Assembly (NCBI GenBank): GCA_964508365.1 | Contig: CAZDTP010000001.1 | Coordinates: 32,001 to 96,000 of the forward strand | Source of the DNA: an uncultured archaeon | GTDB taxonomy: Archaea; Asgardarchaeota; Lokiarchaeia; Sigyniarchaeales; SOKP01 | Direction: 5' to 3' | DNA length: 64,000 bases | Part shown: positions 40,127 through 50,071 of the stretch, in pieces | Layout of the letters: each line of letters begins with the position of its first letter | Position numbering within the stretch: the stretch's first letter is position 1 | Made by a program: the position numbers and the translations under genes | Notes under the pieces: model-generated | Told to the model about the DNA's origin: nothing | The model's input: only the letters and a program-made list of their open reading frames with translations | Databases searched by the model: none

Positions 40127-42712
40127 ATGATGGAATTTATTGATAAAGCGAGTAAAAGAATAAAAAGAATAAGAAGAAGATTACTTGATGATATGGCTTT
40201 AATTTCTATAGAGAGAGCACAACTTTATACAGAGAAATGGAAGGAAACTGAAAATAAGGGTATACCTCTTGGTGTAAGAGTTGCTCTTTCAATGAAGAAC
40301 GTTCTTGAAAATATGACTATCTATATAGATCCTGATGATCGAATAGCAGGAAAATGGACAGAAAATTTTATAGGAATACCTATTGACATAGAACGTGGAT
40401 TATGGAATAAAGTTTTTGAAGTTGAACTTGATGCAAAAACAATGAAAGAGTATATTAAAGAAGGTAATAAGAACTACATGTCATATATGATAAATAAAAT
40501 TGGACCTGATGGTCTTCGTGAATTACTGGAAAATACTAAAAAAATTGGGGCTCCTATTACAACTCTTGGAACTGATACTCTTGATAAAAGAAAAATCAAT
40601 CCGTATCAAATTCGAGAAGAAGATAAAAAAATTCTATTGGAACAACTTATTCCTTATTGGAAAAATAAAACACTCGCTGATATTCTTGAGAAAGAATATG
40701 CTAATTCTGATGTATATACAGGTGAAGCGTATGAATTTTTATCTCACCTACCTTTAAAAACTGCTCAAAATGATATTGTTATTTCCCCCTGTGCGGTAAT
40801 TGGTACATGGCAAGGCCATTTAGTTCTTGATTATGAAACGGTCTTGAAAAAAGGATTTTTAGCTATGCAAAAAGAAGTTCAAGACGAGATAGAAAAAAAT
40901 AATGATTTAACCGATGAACAAAAAAATTTCTTACAGTCAATTGAGATAACACTTGAAGCAGTATTGATTTATTCGCGTAGATTGGCAGAACAGGTAAAAG
41001 AAGAATTAAATAAGACTAGCAATGTTGATAGAAAGAAAGTATTATCAGCTATGTATGAAACATGTAAGCGAATCCCAACTTTTCCTCCAACTACATTTCA
41101 TGAAGCAGTACAATTATTTTGGATTGTTAAAACAGCTGTGGATTTAGCCATACCCTTTAATGTGCATGGACCAGGTCGTTTAGATCAACTTCTTTATCCT
41201 TTTTACCAATCAGATATTAAAAAAGGTCTTATCAATCGAGAAGAAGCGCGAGAATTACTTGAAGAGTTAGTTCTTAATATAATGAGCCATAATATTCGAC
41301 CTTATTCTAACGCTGTATGTGATTTTAGCCAAAGGTTTGAAGGTTCAGAACCGGTAACAGTGGGGGGCTTAAATGAAGAGGGAGAAGATGTCACAAACGA
41401 TCTCACTTATTTAATATTAGAAGCAGCAGACAGATCAAAAGCTTCTCTTAATTTTGCTGTTCGTTATCATGATAAGAGTCCTGAAGAACTATATATGAAG
41501 GTTGCTGAAATCCAATACAATGGATATTCAAGTATATCTGTGTTAAATGATAATATATGTATTCAAGCACTAAAAAATCGAGGTATTACAGAAAAAGATG
41601 CAAATGCTTATTCAATCACGGGATGTGTGGATATGTGCAGTCCAGGGAAAACAGGAGGAATTGGTTTTTCAGCTCTTTTAATGTGTAGAACTTTAGATAT
41701 GACTCTTCGGAATGGCAACTGCTTAACAATCGGGGGTTTAGTAAATGATGTGGGATTGAAGACAGGAAATCCAGATAGTTTTGTTACATTCGACGAGTTT
41801 CTCGATGCTTTTTATCAACAAATAAATTTCGTTATTCAGAAAATAGTAGAAGCCACTTATATCCGTGATAAACTATTTGCCGATTATTTTCCAGCACCTT
41901 TCATATCTGCATTCATGCAAGGATGTTTTAAAAATAAAAAAGATGTTACTCAAGGAGGTGCTTTTTACGATGCGGAAGGAATTCTTATAATGAACAGTAT
42001 TGCAAATGTGGTTGATTCATTATATGTAATTAAAAAACTCATCTTTGAGCAAAAAAAATTCAATTTTAAAGATTTAATACAAGCAATTGACAATAATTTC
42101 ACTGATAAATATAAAAAAATCCATAAACTTATTCTGGATATTGATGGAAAATGGGGGAATGGAAACCCTGAATGCGATGAACTTGCTCGAGAAGTCACCA
42201 CACAGTTATTTGAAGAAACTTATAATTATAAAACTTATAGAGGTGGAGTTTATGCTCCTTTTATTATATCTATGACTTCTCACACTTATGATGGGCGAAT
42301 AGGTATCGCAACGCCAGATGGTAGACTTGCAGGAAAGCCATTTGCAGCAAGTTGTAATCCATACAATGTTGAGAAGAATGGACCAACAGGTGTCATACGA
42401 TCAGTAGCAGCTCTTGATTTTCAGCATGTTTGTGGTTGTGCAGTTAACATACGAATGCATCCATCTGGGGTTGGAAAAACAAGAGAAACTAGAAAAAAGT
42501 GGATTTCTCTTATAAAAACTTACTTTAGTTTAGGAGGTCAACAGCTTCAACCTACTGTTGTGTCTACAGAAGTACTAAAAGCTGCCCAACAAAACCCAGA
42601 ACCGTATAGAAATATTGTTGTTAAAGTAGGAGGATATTCCGCTTATTTTACTGACTTAGGAAAAGAGATTCAAGATGAGGTTATTTCTAGAACGGAACAT
42701 ATTATGGTTTAA
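40127..42712 (+). CDS. Glycyl-radical enzyme (PFL2/eliminase-decarboxylase-type fold)
   Basis: GRLDQLLYP, Cys loop ITGCVD, ATPDGRLAG and C-terminal VKVGGYSAYF glycyl motif. Confidence 0.92.
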   Translation: MMEFIDKASKRIKRIRRRLLDDMALISIERAQLYTEKWKETENKGIPLGVRVALSMKNVLENMTIYIDPDDRIAGKWTENFIGIPIDIERGLWNKVFEVELDAKTMKEYIKEGNKNYMSYMINKIGPDGLRELLENTKKIGAPITTLGTDTLDKRKINPYQIREEDKKILLEQLIPYWKNKTLADILEKEYANSDVYTGEAYEFLSHLPLKTAQNDIVISPCAVIGTWQGHLVLDYETVLKKGFLAMQKEVQDEIEKNNDLTDEQKNFLQSIEITLEAVLIYSRRLAEQVKEELNKTSNVDRKKVLSAMYETCKRIPTFPPTTFHEAVQLFWIVKTAVDLAIPFNVHGPGRLDQLLYPFYQSDIKKGLINREEARELLEELVLNIMSHNIRPYSNAVCDFSQRFEGSEPVTVGGLNEEGEDVTNDLTYLILEAADRSKASLNFAVRYHDKSPEELYMKVAEIQYNGYSSISVLNDNICIQALKNRGITEKDANAYSITGCVDMCSPGKTGGIGFSALLMCRTLDMTLRNGNCLTIGGLVNDVGLKTGNPDSFVTFDEFLDAFYQQINFVIQKIVEATYIRDKLFADYFPAPFISAFMQGCFKNKKDVTQGGAFYDAEGILIMNSIANVVDSLYVIKKLIFEQKKFNFKDLIQAIDNNFTDKYKKIHKLILDIDGKWGNGNPECDELAREVTTQLFEETYNYKTYRGGVYAPFIISMTSHTYDGRIGIATPDGRLAGKPFAASCNPYNVEKNGPTGVIRSVAALDFQHVCGCAVNIRMHPSGVGKTRETRKKWISLIKTYFSLGGQQLQPTVVSTEVLKAAQQNPEPYRNIVVKVGGYSAYFTDLGKEIQDEVISRTEHIMV

Positions 42713-42759
42713 TCATTTATTCAATCAGAAAGTAATGGTAGGTATTAGATATTCTATAT

Positions 42760-42960
42760 GTTGGTTATTCATTAAGTGTCACTATTGGAGGAATTGCTAA
42801 AAAACCCTTAGTTATTGATAATAAAATTGAAATTCGCGAACGTCTAAATTCAACTCTTTCATTTGATCGTGATATAATTGATGGCGCTCCAGTAGCTAGC
42901 TCTCTTGCGAGATTATAAGAATTAATAGAAAATGTTTATGAACTAGAATTCTTTAATGGT
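42760..42960 (+). pseudogene. Remnant of a 2-oxo-acid dehydrogenase E2-type acyltransferase C-terminus
   Basis: Hand translation YSLSVTIGGIAKKPLVIDNKIEIRERLNSTLSFDRDIIDGAPVASSLARL*ELIENVYEL. Catalytic DH reads DR, TAA at 42916-42918, no start codon. Confidence 0.75.
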
Positions 42961-44054
42961 AGTTGAATAGTGTTTTGGGTTCGTTGCGATTCATATGAAG
43001 CTAAAACGATTTCTAAACCAGCTCTCCCATCTTTTATGGTAGGTATCCATTCTTCGGGAAACCCGACATCCTCATTTGAACGTCCTAGGATTTGATTAAT
43101 AAAACTACGGACCTCTCGAGCATATGATATATTCCAACGATCCTTAGGGAAAGTTGTTTCAACTTCCAAGAGTTTACTCGTCTTGGTTTTTCTAAAACGT
43201 TTTTTAATCGTCATTGGCTTTAAGAAGTACTCGTGAGGGACATCGAAAAAATAAGTTCCCGTTGTTCCATGAATTCTCCCAATTTCCTCTCCATAAGGAC
43301 TACCAATAAAAGCTTCAGATCGCTCGAATACTGCAATGACATCACTCTCTCTAAATGACAAGAGAACAGTACAATGATCTTCATTAACGCGATTCTGATT
43401 TATCCTTCTTATCTGAGCACTAACACTTTTTACATCTCCAAACCACCACCGAAATAAATCAAAATAATGTGGTCCATGATCCAATAGATCTCCACCTCCA
43501 CATTTTTCATTAGTCATTCTCCATAATCCTGCTTCTTGAATTATATCTTGATTTGGATTAGGTCCAAGATCGGGCATGGAATGGTACCATGAGATTGCTG
43601 TATGAAAAATATTACCAATTTCTTTTTCTATTATTTTTTCTTTGAGGAATTGGAATCCTAAATCAAACCTTTTTTGAGTTGCCGCTTGAAAAATAACCCC
43701 GTTTTTCTCTATAGCTCGCTTCATATTGTCTACTTCTTCTAAGGTTATTCCAATAGGTTTTTCACACAAAATATGTTTTCCATTTTCAGCAGCTCTAATT
43801 ACCTGTCCTGCATGAGCCCAATGAGGTGAACATATACTTACAGCATCGATATTCGGATCATTTAATAAATCTTCTGGTTTTTTATATCCCTTAGGAATGT
43901 TATAACGTTCTTGAACATGTTTAAGGTGAGATTCCATAGGATCAGAAACCGCTACCAGTTCTGTGAGTGGAGATTTATGGTATACTGGTAAATGACCAAT
44001 ATTAGCAACAGTTCCACATCCTATAACTCCAATTCTTAGCTTACTAGTAGGCAT
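42936..44054 (-). CDS. Gfo/Idh/MocA-family oxidoreductase
   Basis: IGVIGCG, LCEKP and DHGPHYFD. Confidence 0.92.
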   Translation of the reverse strand: MPTSKLRIGVIGCGTVANIGHLPVYHKSPLTELVAVSDPMESHLKHVQERYNIPKGYKKPEDLLNDPNIDAVSICSPHWAHAGQVIRAAENGKHILCEKPIGITLEEVDNMKRAIEKNGVIFQAATQKRFDLGFQFLKEKIIEKEIGNIFHTAISWYHSMPDLGPNPNQDIIQEAGLWRMTNEKCGGGDLLDHGPHYFDLFRWWFGDVKSVSAQIRRINQNRVNEDHCTVLLSFRESDVIAVFERSEAFIGSPYGEEIGRIHGTTGTYFFDVPHEYFLKPMTIKKRFRKTKTSKLLEVETTFPKDRWNISYAREVRSFINQILGRSNEDVGFPEEWIPTIKDGRAGLEIVLASYESQRTQNTIQLPLKNSSS

Positions 44055-44229
44055 TTTTATTAAAATTAATGAAATTATAGATAGGAAGTATAAAATAAGA
44101 AATCTTTATATTTTTAACTTTTATGATTCTTGGAAGAATTTACTGCATTTAAGCTAATAATTATGATCCCTGAATAATTTGACGGAGAGAAATTATAAAA
44201 GAAAAATAAAGTTTTGAATTTATATTTGT

Positions 44230-45090
44230 TTATTCAGGAAAAAGCGGTTTTACTTTATTTTCCCTATTCATTTTAACGATCTGTTCTTGTTCTTGTTCAT
44301 CAAGTTTTTTGTATCGCGAAGCGGCATCCAACACAAATGGCCATAACCTCACATCGCATGGTAATGAGTATGTTGTAACTCCTTCTTGGGACAATGTATA
44401 CCATACAGCTTGATCTACTTGTTCTTGGTTATCAAATGGTTCATACCAAGTATTATAGGTAGCATCCCCATTCCATCGACTTTTGGATATAGCTTTAATA
44501 GCAGTAACTCCTATGTTTTTCTCGCGTGTAATTTCTAAAATCTTTCTAAAATCATTAACGGGACTAGGATGTACATCTGCTGCTATGTAAACGGGCAGTA
44601 AAACCGTATCGATATCATCAGATAATTCAAGAGCTTTCTGGAGTACTCTCACATCATGATGAGCCGTAATACCAATATGTTTAATTAAACCTGTTCCTTT
44701 AGCTTCTTTAAATGCCTCCATAGCACCATTCTCTCCTAATATTTGTTTTAATTCCTCCATTGAAGAGACTGCGTGAAACTGATACAGATCAAAGTACGAA
44801 GTTCCAAGTTTTTCTAAAGATCCTTTCAGTTGCCTTAACGCTCCATTCTTTTTTCTCTTTAAAGTTTTTTCTGATAGAAAGAATTTATTTCTATACTTTT
44901 CTATAGTAGGATTAAGCCGTAATTCTGCGTTACCATAGGTCGGAGCAACATCTATCATGTTTATACCGTGATCCATTGCGAGTTTTATAGCTTTATCAGC
45001 CTCATATTGGTCAACATATCCTAACCCACACCCTCCCATCGTTATAAATGTAATCTTAGCTCCGCTTCTTCCAAAAATTCGAGTTTCCAT
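44230..45090 (-). CDS. Aldo/keto reductase
   Basis: DVAPTYG, LSEKT, DLYQFH and HIGITAH. Confidence 0.9.
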   Translation of the reverse strand: METRIFGRSGAKITFITMGGCGLGYVDQYEADKAIKLAMDHGINMIDVAPTYGNAELRLNPTIEKYRNKFFLSEKTLKRKKNGALRQLKGSLEKLGTSYFDLYQFHAVSSMEELKQILGENGAMEAFKEAKGTGLIKHIGITAHHDVRVLQKALELSDDIDTVLLPVYIAADVHPSPVNDFRKILEITREKNIGVTAIKAISKSRWNGDATYNTWYEPFDNQEQVDQAVWYTLSQEGVTTYSLPCDVRLWPFVLDAASRYKKLDEQEQEQIVKMNRENKVKPLFPE

Positions 45091-45374
45091 TTATCCGCCT
45101 TATTAATCGATTTTTATAAAAAAATTAGTTTTTGCATTAAAATAAGCTTTCTTTGCTGGAATTATTATTTTTAGTGTATTATTTAATCAACACTCCGATC
45201 ATTCTTTAATCATGCATCCTATATTTGGATTCGTATAATAATAATACTTTAGAATAAAATCTGTAAGCGCATGTTAGAGGAAATTCTTTCTCTAATGATC
45301 AATACTATGGTATCGTCAAAGATTTTTTGAAGAAATATTACATTTATGAAATTTAGTTTATTTTCTCTAATTTA

Positions 45375-45716
45375 CTAATTGGAAATTTTAACCCAAGAGT
45401 TTGGCGTCAAGATGAGATATTGATCTCCAAGTCGAGCCATAGATCCCCCGTTTTCTCTTAAAAAGGATTTTAAATCTTCTATTCCTCTTTTAAGTTGAGT
45501 GATATCTATATTTTTCAATACATCTGTAGCATTAAGTATTAAAATTCTTTTACTTAAAAGTTCTTTTTTGATTTCTTCTACTTGTTCTAGCGATGTGAAG
45601 TCGTACTTTTTAATAGTAAAACTTTCCTTTAATGATGAAAACTCTCGGGAAAATCCCATCGTTTCTTCCGGTGAATTTAAAAGATCTGCTTCTACTTTTT
45701 TCCAAAATTTAGCCAA
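45375..45716 (-). CDS. sepF: Archaeal cell division protein SepF
   Basis: SLEQVEEIKKEL..ILILN..LKRGIEDLK....GGSMARLG..YLILTP..VKI pattern. Confidence 0.8.
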   Translation of the reverse strand: MAKFWKKVEADLLNSPEETMGFSREFSSLKESFTIKKYDFTSLEQVEEIKKELLSKRILILNATDVLKNIDITQLKRGIEDLKSFLRENGGSMARLGDQYLILTPNSWVKISN

Positions 45717-45947
45717 TTTTCAACCACGAACTATAATTTTTTAATCTTAAATCTAGTAATCGAACTTTGATGATAGTGTGTTCTTAAAGACACTTTAATC
45801 ATTGTATTATGCTGATATTACGATATTTTGATATTTTAATCTCCAACAATTTTCCTTTATTTAGTCAAATTTTAACTCCTAATATAATAAATATTTAAAG
45901 AATTGGGAACTAATTCACATAAAAATTAAAATAAAATCGGGACTAAA

Positions 45948-46409
45948 ATGAGTGAAGATAAAGTAATTGTAGCGAATAAAGGTATGGTTCGCGCTGACTT
46001 CAATTTCTGGGTTGGCCGCTACTTAGATAAGTTTTTAGACAATTTAGAGAATAAAAAACTAGTTGGTAATAAATGTCCTAAATGCGGTGATGTCTTTGTT
46101 CCTCCGAGAAAAATATGTGGTAAATGCAATATAACGATCCCAATTGATCAAAACTGGGTAGATTTACCAGATACGGGAATTTTAAAGAATTATACAATAA
46201 CGCCTTATAGGGTTAACGATCGAACGGATAGGAAGGCTAAAGATTTATTGCTTGGGATGATACAAATTGATGGAAGCAACACTGCTATAGTTTATAAATT
46301 GCTTAATTTAAAACCTGAAGAAATCAAGACGGGTATGAAAGTAAAAATTGAGTGGGCAGAAAAACCAAAAGGAGACCCTTCAGATATCAAGGGTTTCGTA
46401 AAAATTTGA
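45948..46409 (+). CDS. Zn-ribbon/OB-fold (DUF35) acyl-CoA-binding protein
   Basis: GNKCPKCGDVFVPPRKICGKC and GMKVKIEW. Confidence 0.9.
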   Translation: MSEDKVIVANKGMVRADFNFWVGRYLDKFLDNLENKKLVGNKCPKCGDVFVPPRKICGKCNITIPIDQNWVDLPDTGILKNYTITPYRVNDRTDRKAKDLLLGMIQIDGSNTAIVYKLLNLKPEEIKTGMKVKIEWAEKPKGDPSDIKGFVKI

Positions 46410-46424
46410 GGTGTGATGGATTAA

Positions 46425-47567
46425 ATGGAAAAAGTTGGAATTGTAGGATATTATCAAGTAAAATTATATTCAGACGCGAATTATGGGCGTTATGAGATGA
46501 TTTTTGAAGCTGTAAGAGGTGCTATAGACATGGCAGGTTTAAAGAAAAAAGATATTTCTACAGTAATTTCATGCACAAACGACTATTATGACGGGCGTAC
46601 TATATCAAATTGTTTTACCGTTGAAGTTGGTGGAGGATATATGACCGACGAAAGTAAAGTTGAGATGGATGGTGCCCATGCTGTTTTGTATGGATTGATG
46701 AGAATTTTATCTGGGAACCATAAATTAGCATTAGTTTGGGGGGGGAGTATGGCTTCGTGTTTTCCTTATCATTCTACTCGGTTATTCGAAACTGATCCTA
46801 CTTGGGAAAGACCATTAGCATATGTGAATGATATTACTTCGGCTGGGTTTCAGATGAGATCTTATATGGAAAAATATGGAGTTAGTGCTGAAGAAATCGC
46901 TAGTGTAGCGGTAAAAAATCGAAAGAATGCTGCCAGAAATCCCTTAGCTTTAGCAGAAGCTCAAAACGTAAATATTAATGTTAAAGAAGTGTTGGCTTCG
47001 GACATTTACGCAGATCCAGTCACCGAATTAATGGTTGCTCAACCCTGTGATGGCGTGGCAGCTATATTATTAGCACCTGAACGACTGGCTTTGAAAATTA
47101 CTGATAAACCTGTTTGGATTACTGGTGTTGGATTTTCTCAAGAACCATATTATCTTGGAGACCGTAATTTATATGAGAGCAAATCGATGGAATTAGCTGG
47201 AAAAACTGCCTTTGAGAGCGCTGGAATTAAAGATCCAAAGAGAGAAATTGATGTAGCAGAATTATTTGAGTCTTATGCTCACGAGGAATTAATATTAGCG
47301 GAAGCATTAGGATTAGCAGAAAAAGGGAAAGGAGCAAATATTAATTCTGAAATTAACGGAGATATCTCAATAAATCCTTCAGGGGGAGCTACTAGCGGTA
47401 ATCCCCCTTGTGCAACTGGTTTGATTAGGGTAATTGAAGCTGCCAGACAATTGAGAGGAGAAGCTAATGGTTATCAAGTAAATAATGCAAAAAAAGCTGT
47501 CGCTTCAGGTCAAATTGGTATGTGTGCTCAAAATAATATATTATTTGTATTGGAGGGAGGTAATTAA
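46425..47567 (+). CDS. Thiolase-fold protein lacking the nucleophilic Cys (Ltp4-like)
   Basis: VEMDGAHA at the CxSG site; PCDGVAA; NPSGG..GNP. Confidence 0.8.
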   Translation: MEKVGIVGYYQVKLYSDANYGRYEMIFEAVRGAIDMAGLKKKDISTVISCTNDYYDGRTISNCFTVEVGGGYMTDESKVEMDGAHAVLYGLMRILSGNHKLALVWGGSMASCFPYHSTRLFETDPTWERPLAYVNDITSAGFQMRSYMEKYGVSAEEIASVAVKNRKNAARNPLALAEAQNVNINVKEVLASDIYADPVTELMVAQPCDGVAAILLAPERLALKITDKPVWITGVGFSQEPYYLGDRNLYESKSMELAGKTAFESAGIKDPKREIDVAELFESYAHEELILAEALGLAEKGKGANINSEINGDISINPSGGATSGNPPCATGLIRVIEAARQLRGEANGYQVNNAKKAVASGQIGMCAQNNILFVLEGGN

Positions 47568-47569
47568 AA

Positions 47570-48817
47570 ATGGGGAGACAAGTAGCAATTGCATCAGCTG
47601 GTTTTAGCGAACATGCTTCAAAAAGGTCTGATGTTAATATGGCAGAATTGGTAAGCGAAGCAGTTGAAGATTGTTTAAAGAATGCACCTGGAGTAGGACT
47701 AGAAGATATTGATGCTTTTGTAAATGGAAATATGCCTGCATTTGAGGGTTCAAATATACCTGAATTATGGATGACTGATTGGATGGGAGCAAGAAATAAA
47801 CCATTGTTAAGAGTAACAACTGGTGGGACAACGGGAGGGACTGTCGCAATAGCAGGATATTACACTGTCGCATCAGGGATACCGAAAGTTGATACCGTTT
47901 TAGCAATAGCATTTGAACAACAATCTCAAGGAGATACAAGTGTTGGTCTTGCAAGTGTTGCATATGGTGAAATCTCAGTTTTAAATACATTAGGTATCCC
48001 ATATGACCAATTATCACGTCTTTTATCTGCAGGAGCAGCAATAGGGGTAGCATCATATCAAGCTACAAACTACATGAACAAAACTAAAATTACAGAAGAA
48101 GATTTAGCAAGAGTAGTCGTACAAAACAGACATAATGCTGCAAAAACGTGGTGGACGCATTTAAAAATGCCTAATCTCACAATTGAGGAAGTACTTGATA
48201 CACCTTACATTTCTTACCCATTAAGATATGGTATGGTTTGTCCGGCATCGGATGGAGCTTGTGCCATGCTTTTTACAACTGAAGAAAAAGCAAAAGATAT
48301 GTGCGAAATTCCGGTTTATGTTAATGGTGTAGCTAGTGTGGCTAATGAATCTGCAGTTCTTGGATATGATGGAAGTGGTACAGGACAGATTGATCCATCA
48401 GATCAAATAGGTGCTATGAAATCATCTGACTTGGCTTACTATCAGGCAGGTATTTCTTTCCCAAGAAAGGAAATTGATTACGCTGAAGTGTATTCTCCTT
48501 TTCCAAACCAAGAACTTATGTGGGTTGAAAAACTCGGCTTATTTGAAGAAACTACGGCACCTAAAATGTATGAAACTGGAGTTACTGCTCTAAAGGGGGA
48601 GCTCCCAGTTAATTGCTCTGGAGGTGTTAATTCGACTAATGCAATTGGAGCATCAGCAATGGAAAGACCCGCTGAAGCAGCACTCCAAATTATGGGAAAA
48701 GCTGATAATCAAGTCCCAAAGACGGTACATACTTCAATAGGTCACGGTTGGGGTGGGTCGCTAAACTTATGTACTTTGATGGTGATGTCAGATCAACCAA
48801 AAAGAAAATGGAGGTAA
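47570..48817 (+). CDS. Thiolase-fold protein (Ltp3-like)
   Basis: RVTTGGTTGG, CPASDGACA, AEVYSPF, NCSGG..NAIGAS and HGWGG. Confidence 0.8.
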   Translation: MGRQVAIASAGFSEHASKRSDVNMAELVSEAVEDCLKNAPGVGLEDIDAFVNGNMPAFEGSNIPELWMTDWMGARNKPLLRVTTGGTTGGTVAIAGYYTVASGIPKVDTVLAIAFEQQSQGDTSVGLASVAYGEISVLNTLGIPYDQLSRLLSAGAAIGVASYQATNYMNKTKITEEDLARVVVQNRHNAAKTWWTHLKMPNLTIEEVLDTPYISYPLRYGMVCPASDGACAMLFTTEEKAKDMCEIPVYVNGVASVANESAVLGYDGSGTGQIDPSDQIGAMKSSDLAYYQAGISFPRKEIDYAEVYSPFPNQELMWVEKLGLFEETTAPKMYETGVTALKGELPVNCSGGVNSTNAIGASAMERPAEAALQIMGKADNQVPKTVHTSIGHGWGGSLNLCTLMVMSDQPKRKWR

Positions 48818-48822
48818 ATAAA

Positions 48823-49353
48823 ATGTCGAAATTAACGCAAAGAAAATCTCTTGATTATATCAAAAAAGAGTATGTGAAAACGAGGACGATGCCAGCTAGC
48901 TGGTATTTAGCGAGTTATAAATATAAGTTTAACATTTCACATGATACTCAATTCTTAAAAAAATTGAAAGAAAAGAAGTTAATCGGAAACCAATGTTCAG
49001 GATGCAATAGAGTATTTTTTCCACCTCGATTAGTTTGTGGAAAATGCTTAGTAAAACCAGATCAATGGGTTGATTTACGAGATACTGGGAGAGTTGCAAC
49101 TTTTGCTATTAGTTACCTTAAAGATTCTGAAACTGGAGAAGTTCAAGAAAAACCAACTGTATTAGTACATCAAGATGGAGCTGATACTACCATAATTACT
49201 AAATTAAATCCAGAAATAGATTTTAAAGACACTTATGTAGGAATGCCAGTAAAAGTTCATTGGGCTGAAAATAGAACTGGTGGACTAATGGATATTGAAT
49301 ATTACGATGTTTTAGAAGATGATGCTGAAGATTTGAAATCAACAAAGAAATAA
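48823..49353 (+). CDS. Second Zn-ribbon/OB-fold (DUF35) protein
   Basis: GNQCSGCNRVFFPPRLVCGKC and GMPVKVHW. GGAGGT SD before ATG 48823. Confidence 0.9.
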   Translation: MSKLTQRKSLDYIKKEYVKTRTMPASWYLASYKYKFNISHDTQFLKKLKEKKLIGNQCSGCNRVFFPPRLVCGKCLVKPDQWVDLRDTGRVATFAISYLKDSETGEVQEKPTVLVHQDGADTTIITKLNPEIDFKDTYVGMPVKVHWAENRTGGLMDIEYYDVLEDDAEDLKSTKK

Positions 49354-49392
49354 AAAAGCTTTTTTTTTTTCTTATTTTTATTTTTAATTTTG
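49352..49392 (+). terminator. U-rich archaeal-type terminator after the DUF35/thiolase operon
   Basis: AAAAAAGCTTTTTT palindrome followed by an 11-T run and further T tracts directly after the stop. Confidence 0.55.
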
Positions 49393-49451
49393 GTTTGTTA
49401 ACCATTATTTAGGCAAAAGTATAAATTTCTTTCTTACACAATTTTTGAAAT

Positions 49452-49973
49452 ATGGAAGCCAACAATTTCATTCAAAAAATTATATCCCGAAAATCTGTGA
49501 GAAACTTCGTTTATAAAAAAATTGATAACGATACAATAGGAGCAATACTAGAATGTGGGCGGTGGGCTCCATCTGGGCAAAATAGCCAACCATGGAAAGT
49601 GTGTGTAGTTTCTCACCCAACTGTAAAGCGGCTAATAGCAGAACAGTCTAAGTATGGTGGGATTATCGAAAGTGCTTATTTAAATTTCGTAGTTTTCTTA
49701 GACCATGAACGAGGATACGATAGAACGAAGGATATATTAGCTATGGGAGCTTTTATAGAGAACCTGCTTTTAGCCATTCATGCCAAGGGATTAGGTGCAG
49801 TGTGGATTGGTGAAATCTTAAAAAATAAAGAGAAAATTAGCGAAATCTTTAAATTTTCTCCCGAAAGGTATGAACTCATGGGAGTCATCACCGTTGGGTT
49901 AATTGACGAAACTCTTGAAAAAAAGGAAGAAAGGGAAAGAAGAACCCTTGAAGAATTTATAAATTGGTTTTAA
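49452..49973 (+). CDS. Nitroreductase-family protein
   Basis: SRKSVRNF and WAPSGQNSQPW. Confidence 0.9.
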   Translation: MEANNFIQKIISRKSVRNFVYKKIDNDTIGAILECGRWAPSGQNSQPWKVCVVSHPTVKRLIAEQSKYGGIIESAYLNFVVFLDHERGYDRTKDILAMGAFIENLLLAIHAKGLGAVWIGEILKNKEKISEIFKFSPERYELMGVITVGLIDETLEKKEERERRTLEEFINWF

Positions 49974-50071
49974 TTTTCATTTTTCTTATTCTTTATTAAA
50001 CCTTCCTTTATATTCATCTCTTAATTTAATCTAACATAATTGATATGTAAATCAATATATTAGCTAAGTAA

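Noticed and set aside
45768-45815. C/D-box sRNA candidate (TGATGA ... CTGA)
   Set aside because: No convincing internal D'/C' boxes, and no rRNA/tRNA guide complementarity could be shown by eye. Retained only as a low-interest hairpin.
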